Below are positions 26,475-40,861 of a DNA stretch of 64,000 bases, piece after piece. This stretch comes from Microthyrium microscopicum (Eukaryota), in assembly GCA_010405405.1 (NCBI GenBank), contig MU004230.1, positions 3,320,627-3,384,626 on the forward strand, written 5' to 3'. The notes under the pieces were generated by a model, which searched no databases, was not told the origin of the DNA, and saw only the letters and a list, made by a program, of their open reading frames with translations. Both the position numbers and the translations under genes were made by a program. How positions within the stretch are numbered: position 1 is the first letter of the stretch; each line of letters starts with the position of its first letter.

Positions 26475-27681
26475 CGACAACAACGTAGACTATGAACAAG
26501 TGAAAGTGCTGAAAAGAGTAGAATCGCGATGTTGCCTTGGTCAATGTGGACTTGACCTTGTGTTCTGCGGTGTGGTGAGGATATCAAAATGCGGGCAAGG
26601 AAAGTTGGTCGCAACCAAAGATTGTCTACCTCAGGAAACGAACGAGTGCCTGATTCAAAACGGGCTAAAGCTTCTGACCAGTCCAATTTAGACAATCATG
26701 AAGTTCCCAATTGCCAAGTGCAAGGTGGGCGATATGTTTTCGGTGAGGGATCGTGGTTGTCGCGGAAGCAAAGGGTTGGCCCCTCTACCAGAAGGTAAAC
26801 AAAGCTTAGCTACAAACCGTAATTTCTTCAGGAGGTGTCCTAGCCTGTCCAAGGAAATGCATCAATTCCAGTTGCAAAATTACATTCAATAGTGCTATGA
26901 TCATTGATCAGTATATCAACTGTGATGACCAAACGCCCCAGCTATGGGCAATATCATGTCCCATCACATCCATGCTCTTGAAAGTATCTGTTCGCCGCAA
27001 GTCTTTTGATGATTATGCCTATTGGCAAGAAGTCCAAGTGGTCACACATGAGCTAGTTAGTGCCGTCGGATCGCTCCAAAATCCGAATCCAGGTCCAAGA
27101 GCCATATCCAGGGCCGATGTTGATGTTGTCATAGTCTCATGAACAGCTCCTGGACGAGCATATCAAATAAAACTATGTGATATCTTGCGAAGAGGATAGT
27201 TTGATACTCACAGAAGATGCGATTAGTAGTAGTTGCACAAACGATAAAAATCCAAGAGTCCACAGCTCTTTTGTACTGATACGTCCAGTCTATTGGCCTA
27301 TGAATGAATAATACCTGTAAACACGCCGAGAAATGTAGAGGAAAAGGGACAAAGCAAAAAAAAAGTAGTCCAACGCAAACACATCGGACTATCTGTAGAT
27401 GGGAGAAGACGACCAAGGAGTCGATTGTGGACACATAGAGAGAAAAAAACACTACAAACCGATCAAGAGAATCCCGCTACTATATCGCTCTTTTCAGCAA
27501 TGAAGGTCTCCAAACTCCCCCTTATCCGTAAAACTCCTTTAGACTGCAATATGGGCCGTTCTTGTCAGGTGTTGATCCAATCGCTAGCTGATCCAATCCC
27601 GGGAGTCATAAGTATGGGATTGGCGTGCGAATGTGACGAGATTGCCTGGGTGTACTTTAAGCGGTTCGTAAAGTGTTGATT

Positions 27682-28540
<859 letters not shown>

Positions 28541-29829
28541 TCTGCTGGTATAATTTGCGACAATACGGAGCGATTCGCAGAGCTCAGATGTATGAATAAC
28601 CAGGGACGACACAGACGTCAATGACCAGCCAGGCGGTAAGAGATGGAATTGATAGGTGTAACGGTCGCGACTGAAAGCTATCCAAGCTAGACGCGATTTG
28701 CGGGACTGGTGAAGGTAGGTAGGGGCTGAGGGGTTTGCTGCGAACTCTAAAACAACACCAGGTGATTAGCCAAGCTTGCGACCCAAAGAACAATGCTCGG
28801 ATTTTACATTACAAAGCTCTAGAGCGAGCAACTACTCGGACCTCTTCTGATATTTGGCAGTGGTAGGTGGGTGGAGAGTTGATCGACAATGAGACAACGG
28901 GTTTGGCGTGGAATGGGGGGGGAGTAGTATTGATCTGAGCGGGCTGAATAGGTAGAAGGAGAAGCGGAAGGGTTAGAAAGCAAGAGGATGAAAAAGAAAA
29001 GTGGTTTAGCAATAGAAGTGAAGTCGCCCTGGGCGAGATACGGATGAGTGATTGTAGCAAAATTGAGGCACGAGTGAGGACGTTGATGAGGCAGGTGTGA
29101 GAGAGCAAGTTATGGTCAGGAACAAGCAAGAGAGCAACAGCAGTCTGCAAAGAAAGAGCGGCGGTCGCTCCTGCCTGCGCTATTGTTTCAAAGCCCATTG
29201 GGGATAGACGGTGAGAGTAGTCAGCATCTTTTCTTACAGCTATCGGCTTATGCCGGCCTAGCCTTGAAGATGTCCGACCCTAGCCGCCGTTCATCCCTTG
29301 CATAATTGGCCCAGAAGCTCTTGCATAATGTTGACAGCTTGATATCAATTATTACTGTTGCAAAGATTTGTATCAGGTCTTGTTCGGATCCTCACTTTTC
29401 CGTCGCGTCGGAATTTTGCAAGGTCTGTTAGGCATGGAGAAAAAGCTCTTATTTACGGAGGGTATAGGCATATTCTTTGAATGGTAAATGCGTCATCTTT
29501 CTTAGCCTTCTTCAATCTAATATGTCCACCTTGTTCATATCGTCCGCGAGCCTATTCATTCTTCCTACCGGCTTTCCCTGCTTGTTGCTAATGCTCAACG
29601 TGCTTCAGGATGGAGCTACTAAAGTGTATGTGAGTACAATCATTCGCGGCGTGTTCCATATCATCCTCAGCCATGCGATAACAGGGGCCATCAATTCAAG
29701 CAGTCGTCGTGCATCCAGGGATGTACTTGATGCCATCCGACCTCTCTTCACATGCTTCCGCTATACCCCTCAATATCAGCAATCTTTTGATATCGTCAAA
29801 GCTCCTCCATATCAAGGCACGGTCCAGAG

Positions 29830-31810
29830 TTATTGCGTATTCGCGTCCGTTTGTGTCGATTCCTCGCTGCGTTTGTCGCTGCCGATAACAACGCCCTTAA
29901 CTTTCTGGTCCATCTGGTCCAGTTTGTAATTCTTCATGACAAGGCTGAGAGGAATGAGCGGGATGCACACACAAACTGCAATTGTGAGCAGAATAGTCAT
30001 CGTCTCCTGGTAGGCACGAGCTATTGCATCACGTTCTGGTGTACCCATGGCCCATCCAGTGGAGGCCAAGGTCACATTGCCATAGATCGCGGCCGTTTGG
30101 TTTTGAATGCTTTCTGGTGCGTACTGCTTCAGCTTCAATGGAATGAAGTGAGACCAGACTGCTCCAGAGATTGCCGCGCCTACTGCTCCGCCGATCTCGA
30201 GAATGGTCAAAAATGCTGCTGTGGCTGCAGCGACTTGCTGATGGCTCACGGCGGCTTGCACTCCTAGCTGTGCTGGCACATTCAGCATACCTCCGCCAAT
30301 GCCAACGGCAATCTGACAACCAACTAGGGTGGCCGTGGATACACCAGTCGACCGATAACGAATCAGCAAGCCCATCCCCAAGAGGTAGATACAAGATCCT
30401 GCTGTAATGTAGTACTTGTAGTGCGCCGTGTACTTGATACAGAGAGCGATGAGAATAGAGGTAACTGTCGAGGTGAAAGTGAAGACTTGAGTAATATGGC
30501 CAGCAGCCTTGACTGACTTGCCCTGAACGATCAACAAGTAGGATGAAAAATAGGGGTAGATGGAAAGGTAAAACGCCACTATACCGAGTTAGTCAATAAA
30601 CTCAAGATTCATGGGAAGCTTACTGAAATAGAAAAAGGCAATTGCAACACCAGCAATAACGGTACGATTGTTGAACAGGTTTGGCGGGAAAAAGGCATGT
30701 GGAGCTAATTTGGAACTTCTCTCCCAGAATGGAAAAGCGACAAAGCAGACGCCTCCCATGACGAGCATTGCAATAATGCTTCCGTTTCTATAGCCATCCT
30801 TGGCTGAATTCGCAAGGGTCAAAGGGATAAGAATCAGAGCAATTGCCGCAGCTAGAAGTAGCAGCCCGAAGATGTCCAGGTCAAACCAGAGCTCCTTGGC
30901 GATTGCAAATGGAGCTTTGCCGGCGAAAGGATTAGGCGGTAGCTTTCCTTGTCGTTTAAGTTTTATTTGGAGCCTCAAAAGAACCACTGCAAGAGGTATG
31001 AATGCGACAGGAAGCACGATGGCCCAAATGCCATACCCCCATCTCCAGGTTGAACGGGTCAGTATACTCTGGGCAATATCTGGACCTACCCAGACAGTCC
31101 AAAGAAAAGGGACGTCGAAGAGGGAGGAGTACAGAGCTCGATTAAGTAGATCTGAAGTGTCTGCTACAAAGATCTGCTGGAGTATTTGTAGGCCTTGGGA
31201 GCCTGCGGAATAGAAAATCTGGGCAGCGGCATAGGTACGAACGTTATTTGACGCGGCTTGCTGGATATATCCAACGGTGAAGAGGAATATGGCAATCGAA
31301 AAAGCTTCGAATCGGCCAAAGACATCAGCGATCTTTGCCATGGGGGGCTTGATGACCGCTAGAGATGGTCAATATTTTTCATGGCGGAGCTTCATGATCA
31401 CTTACCATTGACAGTACCTTGCACAACGGTAACAGTCGCAAGTAGGGAGTGTGCCAGAAATGCACTTGTAGCAAATGGTGCCAGACTTATGGTAGTGTTT
31501 CCCTCTAACGATGTGGCATTTGCAATGGTCAACAGCCTGCAGGAGGTTAGTCAAATATCTAGCATGAAGCGGCAAATACTTGCGATGCATAGGCTATAAT
31601 CAAACCCCATTTGGTCCAGTTGCTGCTGATAGCTTCGATTTTCTTGACACCTTCCTGAGCTTCAGAGTTGGTGGAGCTGGAGCCAGGGTCCCCAGGGTCA
31701 CTGTCGGCGACGAGAGATCTGTGGTCATTTACAGACTTGTGGTCGTTGCCGGTATACACATTCTGCTCGCCACCAAGCTCTGGATCGCCGGTTGGGTTTG
31801 GTAGCTTCAT
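29830..31810 (-). CDS. Siderophore-iron transporter (SIT/ARN/MirB-like MFS)
   Basis: Exons 31810-31584, 31536-31406, 31358-30624 and 30578-29830; the first intron is GC-AG. Motifs QEGVKKIEA, KPPMAKIADVFGRFEAF, FVADTSDLLNRA, WRWGYG and GTPERDAI. Confidence 0.92.
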
Positions 31811-31935
31811 CAGAGAATAAGAATAGCAGGCCAGCGGAAAGGCAGACGTGGATGAAGAAATAGGATTATTGGGTTGATATCAGAAGAGTAGGGGACAAGG
31901 CTGGAAAGAAAGCAGTCCGGTTGGACGATGGGGAG

Positions 31936-32276
31936 ATCTTATCAATCAGAAATTCAAGTCCGAGGGTCACAGTTTCCTAGTCCACGGCCTGAAAGTTATG
32001 GTGCTCTTGTGGTGCTTGAGTAATTTGTGGAGCAGCCTGCAGGATGCGCGTCAGGTTCGCCTTGCTGGTGGGGGTTTTAAAGAGTTGGGAGGCAGCGAAG
32101 TAACGACTGGTTGACACATCATTTTGCGGCAATGACTACCAAAGTGGTATTGGATCGTTGGTATTGGCGTTGAAAGGCTACCTTGAAGGATTGGATTTGG
32201 TACACGAGCAGACGAGCTACACCAAACTAGAGGAGGATGATATTTCTCTGCCGTAATCGGAACGATCTAATCAGAT
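31936..32276 (-). promoter_or_regulatory. Putative SreA-type (iron-repressive GATA) sites in the divergent promoter
   Basis: Minus strand reads TCTGATTGATAAGAT (31936-31950) and ATCTGATTAGAT (32265-32276), close to the ATCWGATAA consensus and upstream of a siderophore transporter. Confidence 0.45.
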
Positions 32277-33039
32277 GGGTTTTCAAGCCACCAATTTTAG
32301 CGTATTCTTCTCATTTGTACCCTGCAATGCCTAGAGTTCTCCACGACTCACCATCTTCTCTTCGCTGACAGCCCGGAAGTCTTTTCCACATAGCCTAAAT
32401 GAAAGACCTCGAATCATTACTTCCGACTTTACAGAAGATCTTGTCAGCAGGTTGATTTGAATGCTTGGGAATAGATTACTCTATACATCAGGCTAGCACT
32501 TAGCGGGGTTGTTGCGACCATTCAAGACGCCATGCAGAGCCAATAAATGCAACTTTCTACCGGAAAGTGTGCTCTCGGAACTCGAATGATGATGCGATCG
32601 ATGGATTTGACAAGGATTGGTACGACGTTGCATATGCTTTCTCTCAACCATCCTACGTCTCGAGTACCAGTCAATCGACAGAGGACATTCGGGTAGCGCA
32701 CCTTGTCTGAGTTCGAATTCAACTATTAAGTTGGACATCGAACAGCCATTATCAACTTTTATATGCGAACTTTTTGAGGACGTAGACTCAGACTCCAGGT
32801 CCTTTATCATTCATGTTCAACTTTGAAAGGGTCAGCTTGTGCTTGCTGTGAGTACCTACGCAATACAGTTCTACTCATCAACTGTTCTCTCTCCATATTC
32901 CAACCAACCAATCAAATATCATGATTCAATATGATTCATTTAGTACTACTTCAGCGCACCTGAATTTCTATAAGTCTGCTGTTCTCGACCGCTATGACTT
33001 GTCTCAGTTGAGCCAATTTCACCTGCCGCACTACGCATC

Positions 33040-34428
33040 ATGACCGACTCGAATGATCTCCACGAATTCTATCTGGATGTCCTTGGACAACAGCCATTGA
33101 TGAAAATATATACACAAATCTGCTTTTGTTATGCAGTCCCGGAAAATGACTTACGAGAACAGATCCTCGATACACTGAATGCTGGGCTCCTTAAGTTGTC
33201 AACATCATTTCCCTGGATCGCTGGCCAAGTTATCAGCGATGAGCCGATTTCAGGAGAGACATTTAGTTTCAAAATCGTACCTTTGGAAAAGACTCCTCGT
33301 TTGGTTGTACGATATTTCGACGACGACAACCGAGTACCGAACTATCAGAATCTGAGAGAGGCCAATTACCCTTTCAGGATGCTTGATGAGTCTCTCATCG
33401 CTCCTAGAAACACACTACCAGGTCTCCCAGGAAGTTCCAACGAAGATATAGCACCGGTGTTGCTTCTCCAAGCCAACTTCATCACTGGTGGTTTAATTCT
33501 CACATTCGCTGCTCATCACAGTGCAATGGATATGACAGGTCAAGGGCAGATCATGACTCTCTTATCCAAGGCATGCCATAATGAGCCATTTTCCCCCGAG
33601 GACCTAGCGTCTGGCAACCTAGACCGACGCCATGCTATATCTTTCCTCGAGAATTATACACCAGGTCCAGAGATACAAGACCAAGTTCCATCTCCATCTC
33701 CAAAAACGCCCGCTGAAATCCCCAAGAGCGAAACCACACCAAATGACCCTCCAAAACTCACTTGGGCATACTTCTCCTTTCCAGCAACTTCACTATCCGA
33801 TATCAAAAAGGTAGCCTCCAGCACCATTGCCAGCCCAGCCTTCATATCAACCGACGACGCTCTTACAGCACTGATCTGGCAGTCCGTAACTCGCATACGC
33901 CAACCACGGCTCAAAACAAACGAGACATGCCGCTTTGCGCGCGCAGTCGATGTCCGCTCAGCACTAAACATCTCACCAACTTACACCGGTTTCCTACAAA
34001 ACATGACTTTCCATTCCTATCCCATCCAGAGACTCACCTCCGATCCGCTCGGCGACGTGGCCTTGAACTTCCGCGCTCGGTTGGATCCCAAGGAATTAGC
34101 ATTTCGAACTCGGGCACTGGCGACGTTCTTTAAACAGGCGGATGATAAGAGCATCGCTATCGATTTCACGGCTGGTATGGATCTGTCGAAGGATATCATG
34201 CTTAGCTCGTGGGTAAAGCCTAATTGCTATGAGTTGGATTTTGGCCTGGGCTTGGGAACGCCAGAATCGGTACGGAGACCGCAGTTTACAACGGTGGAGA
34301 GCTTGTTTTATTTGATGCCGAAGAGGCTGGATGGGGAAGTTTCTGCGGCGTTGTGTTTGAGGGAGGAGGATTTGTGGCGGTTGAAGAAGGATGAGGAGTT
34401 TATGAAATACTGTCAGTATGTTGGTTGA
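33040..34428 (+). CDS. BAHD/transferase-family acyltransferase, trichothecene 3-O-acetyltransferase (TRI101/AYT1)-like
   Basis: Intronless 462-aa ORF. LDVLGQQP start, HHSAMDMTGQ (HxxxD), STDDAL and DFGLGLGTPESVRRP (DFGWG-type motif). Confidence 0.9.
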   Translation: MTDSNDLHEFYLDVLGQQPLMKIYTQICFCYAVPENDLREQILDTLNAGLLKLSTSFPWIAGQVISDEPISGETFSFKIVPLEKTPRLVVRYFDDDNRVPNYQNLREANYPFRMLDESLIAPRNTLPGLPGSSNEDIAPVLLLQANFITGGLILTFAAHHSAMDMTGQGQIMTLLSKACHNEPFSPEDLASGNLDRRHAISFLENYTPGPEIQDQVPSPSPKTPAEIPKSETTPNDPPKLTWAYFSFPATSLSDIKKVASSTIASPAFISTDDALTALIWQSVTRIRQPRLKTNETCRFARAVDVRSALNISPTYTGFLQNMTFHSYPIQRLTSDPLGDVALNFRARLDPKELAFRTRALATFFKQADDKSIAIDFTAGMDLSKDIMLSSWVKPNCYELDFGLGLGTPESVRRPQFTTVESLFYLMPKRLDGEVSAALCLREEDLWRLKKDEEFMKYCQYVG

Positions 34429-34547
34429 CGAGTTGCTATAATTGGTATTCGAGAGCATGAGGAGACCTGTCTGTGCACGCCCTGTCTATGCTTAGGGAAG
34501 AAGGGATATGGAAATATACTTGTACATAGACACTAAAGTCAATAAGT

Positions 34548-35864
34548 TTACATTGCTTGGTTGGCCTTTGTGAAAGTCATCGCAACCATTCCCATGACTC
34601 CAGTCGCGGCATGACCGCCAGCGGACTCTCTCCTGATGCGGAATTAGTACTGAACCTACTGATCAATCTTGAGGCAGGACTTACAGAGGATGTTGTACGA
34701 GATCATACAAGATATTCATCGTCAGAGCATCTCCCTTCTTCACAGGAATGGGCCCACCGCAAACCGACATCGATGAAATGGCAAGATATTTCTTTCCATT
34801 TACCTCAGTCTCTGAGCCGGCACCACCATATCCAGCCTTTGACGTGCAGACTGGCTTTCCATTGATCGCAACATCAACAGCGACTCCACCATCTGTGAAT
34901 CATTAGTCAACGCCTACCGAGAGCAGCGTGTATAAAACTTACCATGTAGATGGCCACGCGCTGTCATAATGCTTCCATCTTCCAAAAACGTAAACTTTCC
35001 ACTAGTGGTGGTAGCGGGTCCAGTTTGCGACATCTTAATTTGCGTTCCACACTGTGTCGCCGAGATCAAAATTCCCTTGGTGTCACCACCGACTTTGCCT
35101 GGCATGTACTCGAGATCGTAGGTGATGTAGACTTGTTTATCTTCCTTGTTGTAGTTAACGAGCTGGACGTTGGCAAGGAATTTATCGCCCTTCTCAATAT
35201 GATACCCGTTGTTGGATGTGCCGTTCATGGACGTGTACATATATGGACCATCGCCAGAGTCTTCGCCTGTGCCGACAAAACCAGTGCCTACACCAAAGCT
35301 GCTAATACTGCTGGCGGGCTTGGTGGGGTTGTTGCAGACGGAGATGAATTTGGTTGTTTGTTTGGTCAAATCGGCGGTGAGGACGTGGTGGATGTATACA
35401 CCTGTGGTTGTTAGCGGTTGTATTTGTATTTGCTTCGGTGGGCTATCATACCTTTGGCTGGATCGGCCTTGACGCCGTCGGTGAACATGACGCCGACTTG
35501 TCCTCCGAGTACCGTGCAGGGTCCGGCGCTGTTGCAGAAACCTTTGGCAATGTTCAACATGTAGGTCTGGCCGGCTAGTGTTGAGTCTCCTCCCATTCCG
35601 CCCATTGAATGTCCTTCGCCATGGCCACCTGCAGCTCCTCCTTTCGAACCTCTCAATGTGTATGCTAATATACAGTCAGGCACCACTTTACTAGTGTCGC
35701 GTGGGATACTTACGACCGAATTTAGTCAATGTTCTTTGCGCTCCAGTTCGGATTCTGGGCTCCAGCTTGTCGATACCAGCAACAACTGCACCAGACTGGC
35801 GAGACTGAAGTGTAGCAGCTGAAGCCACAATTGGCAAGAGCGAAAGGATAGAAACTGTCTTCAT
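34548..35864 (-). CDS. Secreted ~371-aa protein with HH / HxH / Met motifs resembling copper type-II monooxygenase (PHM/SURNod19-like)
   Basis: Exons 35864-35714, 35664-35452, 35401-34943, 34892-34685 and 34632-34548, all in frame. Signal peptide MKTVSILSLLPIVASA, then GVYIHH, RGHLHDGG and C-terminal GVMGM. Confidence 0.75.
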
Positions 35865-36514
35865 CGTGAAAGGAGTGTATATAGTTGGTGTTAGTGAGCA
35901 GAGGTAAGAGAATCACCCAGCAGATAGTTTGCAGACGACCACTTCGATCTATATTGCTGAAAGCTTATCTTAGATCTCATATGCCTAAGCACCCACGCGC
36001 TGGAACTGGTAGATTTTGGCAGATCATGTTTCGCTGAAACGAATAACAGTTGATCGGGCCGGTCATTATTGTTGAGATTTCCATATGCGGTCCAGCTTCC
36101 GAGATATAGCAATTTAGAATGACTTGCAAAATAGATGAGATAGCGGGTTGAACCCTGGTAGACAGTTGAAATTCACAGGTCCGATGAATTAGCCGCGGCG
36201 TGGAAGAGGGTTCGCTTGTTTGATGTATATGAAGATCTCGAGGTATGATTCTTCTTGGAAACCCTACTCTCGGAATACCTAGACGTGTATCGGCATGAAG
36301 ACAACCGCACCGGGAAACAAAGTTCGGGTACATCCTCGATCGTTTTGTTAGTAAGTCGGACCGATATCCTGCGTTCAATTGTACATTATATTTGGCCTAC
36401 CAAATCCTATATCAATCCATTGTATTGGTGGATATTCTGGTCAGAATGAACTAGAAGCAGACGCATTTGCACGATGCTCATTACTCTGAAGTTGTCAATG
36501 GACCCACTGAAAGT

Positions 36515-37548
36515 TCAGATATCAGTGTCCATACCGTCCATTCCACGAGCCTTGTCGACGTCCATATCGTTGGCCCCACGACCGTTGTCAACGTCCATGA
36601 CATTAGCTCCGTGATCGTTGTCGACGTCCATATCATTAGCCTTGTCGTGAGCGGCCTGAACCAGAGCGGTATTGCTAAGCCAGTCACAAATGCGTCCTCC
36701 AACCTCACTATCGATCTGCTTGAAGTGTGGAAGAGCACTGAATCGAGTCTTCTCACCACAAGCCTTTGCCAGCTGTCCAGCCAACAAAGCATCCGCGTGG
36801 AGATCGAATGGCACTTTGCCCAACCACTCAAGGCGCATACCTCGACTATCGGACAATTGGCTCTGGCGGTCGTACCAGTTAGGCAGCGGGACAGTGCTTG
36901 GAGGGAGCTTGAGGCGCGCCTTTGTAGCAATTAGAATTGTCGATTATGTGGTAGGTGACGAAGAGCTTACATATCCTAGGATAGTTTGGAGCTTTTTTTT
37001 CTGCCAATGGAAGATGAGGAATACGTGCTGGTGCTTGTTGAACGCCTCCCGTAACTCCTGTTCGGTTCGTCGATTTTGAGCCCATAGTCCGTCGATCATG
37101 GACTCCTGGAGAACTTCTACATTCAGAGGTTTGACGATGAAGAAGGCTATGTCTGTGGATCCTATGACAGGCGGTGAGTTAGCATACTGTCAAGATCTTA
37201 CCAGATTGCGGCATATCATTTGCAATATGTGTGGGCCCAGGAAGCTAGATCAATCGCTTTTCCTTGATGGCTATTTGACTATCATAGCGCCAATGATGCC
37301 CATCAGACTACGCGGAATGGTTGACTCTTACCTTGATATTGAAAGAAGGAGGTGATTGGTGAGCGTGACCGAATGGTGCTTTCTCGAGATTGTGGAGAGC
37401 GCGATCGCCCATGGCGTCTCATGGTCGAGGTACGGGGAGATCTCTCGCGGGTTCGTGTCGCTAAGGCTTTGGATTTCTTCTTTTGTGGTCCCTCCATAGG
37501 AATGTTGCTTTTGTGCATATCCTTCAACGGTTGAGCGGAGCGAGGCAT
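36515..37548 (-). CDS. Diverged YTH-domain protein (paralog A, ~270 aa)
   Basis: Exons 37548-37332, 37161-36971 and 36919-36515. AFFIVKP...GLWAQN...LREAF...VFLIF...GY|ARL...PNWY...MRLEW...QIDSEVGGRIC follows the YTH pattern. RS-rich N-terminus and three ANxMDVD repeats at the C-terminus. Confidence 0.75.
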
Positions 37549-37742
37549 GGTAGCGAGGTGGTGGTGTCGGATGGAAGTTGAGGAGTAAAACTAATAACTT
37601 TGGTAGCAAGAAAATATCAACTTAAAGCCATTTCTGGTGACGGAGTGCTCTAGTGACTGCAAGGCAAGTGGCGACACCTCGTCGCAAAATCGATCTCAAA
37701 TCTGGGGTGGAAGGTATTGATTTGCTAGCAAGCAAAGTCAAT

Positions 37743-39191
37743 TCACCTCTTTCGTTCCCAAGCACCAACGCGGTCAGTCCAGTCCACCCTTAGGTGTTCC
37801 ACCTTATCCCATATGGTCTTTGCCAGTTCAGTGAATTCGCCCGTCTCCTTGTCTTCCTCACCCTCCAATCCCCAGTAGTCCATGTGTGTCGGAATAACGC
37901 GCTCCTTGCCCCAGCGATTGCACCCGCTTCCCCACTTGATTTTCTTTGCATTGACCTTCTCCAGCAGCTCATCAGACTCCATTGCAAGCCAAACAGGCGC
38001 AGTTGCACCTTTGTGCGCAGTATTGACGTGCCATTTGCTGCCAAAGAATCGAGCTAGGTAAAAAGCTATAAGCTGTAGGTACGTCACGATGATTGGGAGC
38101 GGCAAAATTGAAGTGAGACAAATGCCTGGGTGCGAAAGATACATGACAGGCGGGATCGTCTCCTCGTTTCGTCCAGAATGCGCACTGGAAGGCGAAGAAG
38201 TAGCATCTTTAGACGAAACGAATACCATGCTCTTCTCGATATCATCTTGACTATCATTTGTGCTTGTGGGTGTGAAGAAGTCCTGTACCCTGCTCTTAAG
38301 CTCCTCTTTTTGTGATCCAATAGCCACCAAGTCTGTAACGACCTTGCTGCTCTCGTAGGCATCTAGTGTTTTCAACCCCTGAAAGTCATCGGACTCCAGA
38401 AATCTAGCCTCTACTTGATTTGTGCTGCACCACACCACTCGACTTCGCTGCACACCGGCTAGAGGACCACGGTTGAGTAGGCTTGCGACTTCATGGACAA
38501 AGATGTAATGCCCAAAGAGATTTGCACAGAACACTTCTCCCAGTGGCGGTTCATCTCCTTTTTGTCCACCAAGGAGTTGCTGTTTCGTAGCCAGGCCCAT
38601 GGTGCTTTTCTTATACGCAGGCTTGCCTACGAGCGCTACAACGCCTTCAGTATAAAATTGTCGCCATGCACCCCACCAGTCCAGTCCACTCCAGCCACCT
38701 ATTCCAGCATTGCAAATGAGGACATCTAGACGCGGTACGCTAGCAGCAAGCGCGCGAGCGGCGGAGAAGACTGTGGGTATAGAGCATAGATCGAGAAGAA
38801 TCGGATCAATGGTTACGCGTTGAGAAAAGAGTGCTCGAGCATCTGCTGTTGGGGATGCTGGCGGTGTAGAGGGTGGCGTGTAGAAGAACAGTTGTTCCTT
38901 GATGTTGCCGGCTGCTAATGCCTCGATGTGTTGCTGCAGGGACTCGACCGTTTCAATGGCTTTAGATTGGGAACGAGTTGTAGGTATCAAATGAAGATGT
39001 TGGTTCGCGGGCCGCGTGAGAAGGAAATTCGTAATGATCCGAGTACAAATGGCATAGCCGACTCCACTGTTGAACTCAACTTAGCTTGGTAGTTGTTTAA
39101 TGTGAGTTAAAGGGCTAGCATACCTGTTAGCCCCGGTAACGAGTACATATAACGTGTCGCGATCTCCGCTATCTTTCGTTGGCGAACTCAT
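37743..39191 (-). CDS. ERG27: 3-keto-steroid reductase (SDR)
   Basis: Exons 39191-39124 and 39066-37743. VLVTGANSGVG, LDVLICNAGIG, LGEVFCANLFGHY, AYESSK (YxxxK), HPGI and KWGSG. Confidence 0.9.
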
Positions 39192-40861
39192 GTTTCTGGT
39201 CTAATGTCATATATTCATTTCCAGTTGTAAAGGTAAAGGTCAGCGTTTCTGGACGTTCTGTTCAAATGTTTGATATCTGGGGGTCAAGAAAACACGCTAC
39301 GATCAACAATTCTTGGCAATAATGCACGGCCCATGCAAGGCTGCAGCCTTATGGGTTCTAACTTCATCCGTTCAGACATGCCATGATCAGCGTAAACATC
39401 GAGGAAAGTATCTACTTAGGCAACATCTGACATGTTGGGATCGGGACAAGCAAGGTGGCAGAGCGATTTTCTTAGCATCTGGTGGTTCGTTCCGTTGATT
39501 TATCATAATTCTGAGCTTGAAAGTTTATATCGTATTGTTATCGAATATTATGGTAGCCATCGAGTGTGATGGGAGTTGGACCGCATGACCGAATGCTTTG
39601 TTAAAGCAGTAAATGAGAATTATGGGCTGTTTCCTCGGACAGTTAGTGCTCTACTACGGTATAGTTCGAGGTTACTTTGGGTATTATTCATTTTGATATG
39701 AGACTCAGAGGCTAAAATTGAAATAGAATAAATTTGAAAATCATTTGGGAGTAAAAGAAAAATAATGAGAAATGCGACAGCTTGAAAGTTAGGAAGTTGT
39801 TTCCTCTTTATATTCAGAAGCTGGGAATTTACAATAAACTTTTGGGCTCGTTTCTTGATAAATGTTATCAAAAAACATTGCTACCACTGTTGGTACTAAG
39901 TTCCCGAGCTAGCCGCATTGGGTGTTCAAATACAATACGTGGGAGTTGGCTATTCAACATAATGTGGGAGATGGCAGTGAGTGACACGAGGGCTTTATGC
40001 ATTCAACATGCTCGAACACCCAGCTCCCTCGGGGTCAGTCTATGGTCAAGATCTTCGTTGCGGTGAGAAGAAGCGTCAGCTGAACTTGCCTACATTGCTT
40101 GGACATACCGACCATAATGTGCCAGCAGTGGCTGGTGGTTCTACTCCATCTGAAAGCCTGAATAATTGCAATTGCAATAAATAAATTCTTTTTTTTTGCT
40201 TCCTAATAGCTCAAAAAAATTCGCTGAGCCTTTTCAATCCCTTCGATGCCTAATTTAAAAAGCTCATGAGCTCTTTTTGGTAGCGAAGGTAGATATGTAT
40301 CTCGTTTTCGAACTGGAGCCTTGACCTCCAAGTAGACTGTCTGGTCACAGTCGTCGAGGAAACTATGCTTCCGACCGTAGTATACTAATTTTTACACAGG
40401 ATATATCAACTCTAACCTATCAGAGCAGACATCATTGAAAAATGCACTATATTTGGATCTACACCAGGATGAGATCCTTTATTGGCAAAGGATTCAACAA
40501 AGAATCTCTTGCTACAATACTGTCATTGGATTCTTTGATCCCACGAACAGGCATTTGTGTGACTGCGCCCCTCTCAAGAGACAGGGCCCTGGTACAGGCT
40601 GCAAATTAGGCTCATGATACTGACTCTTCGCCTTGAATGTTGTGCAATGGGTCTCCGTCTGATTACGGCTCTTTCTTAAGTCGGCCTGTAAGACCATTTG
40701 CTGCAAGACGCTTGGATACCTCGTACCGCTATTCGGCGATACCGTGCGACTAGACTGCCTCAGCGCTTTGACAATACTCTAGACCTCGCCCCGCGCGCAA
40801 ACAGAGTAACCTGATTGTATGTCCCCATTATTTTCACTGAGCATCATACAAATCTCTAGCT

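Noticed and set aside
39620..39880. Locally AT-rich patch as a possible mitochondrial insertion
   Set aside because: No recognisable mitochondrial gene or tRNA, and too short to support without a search.
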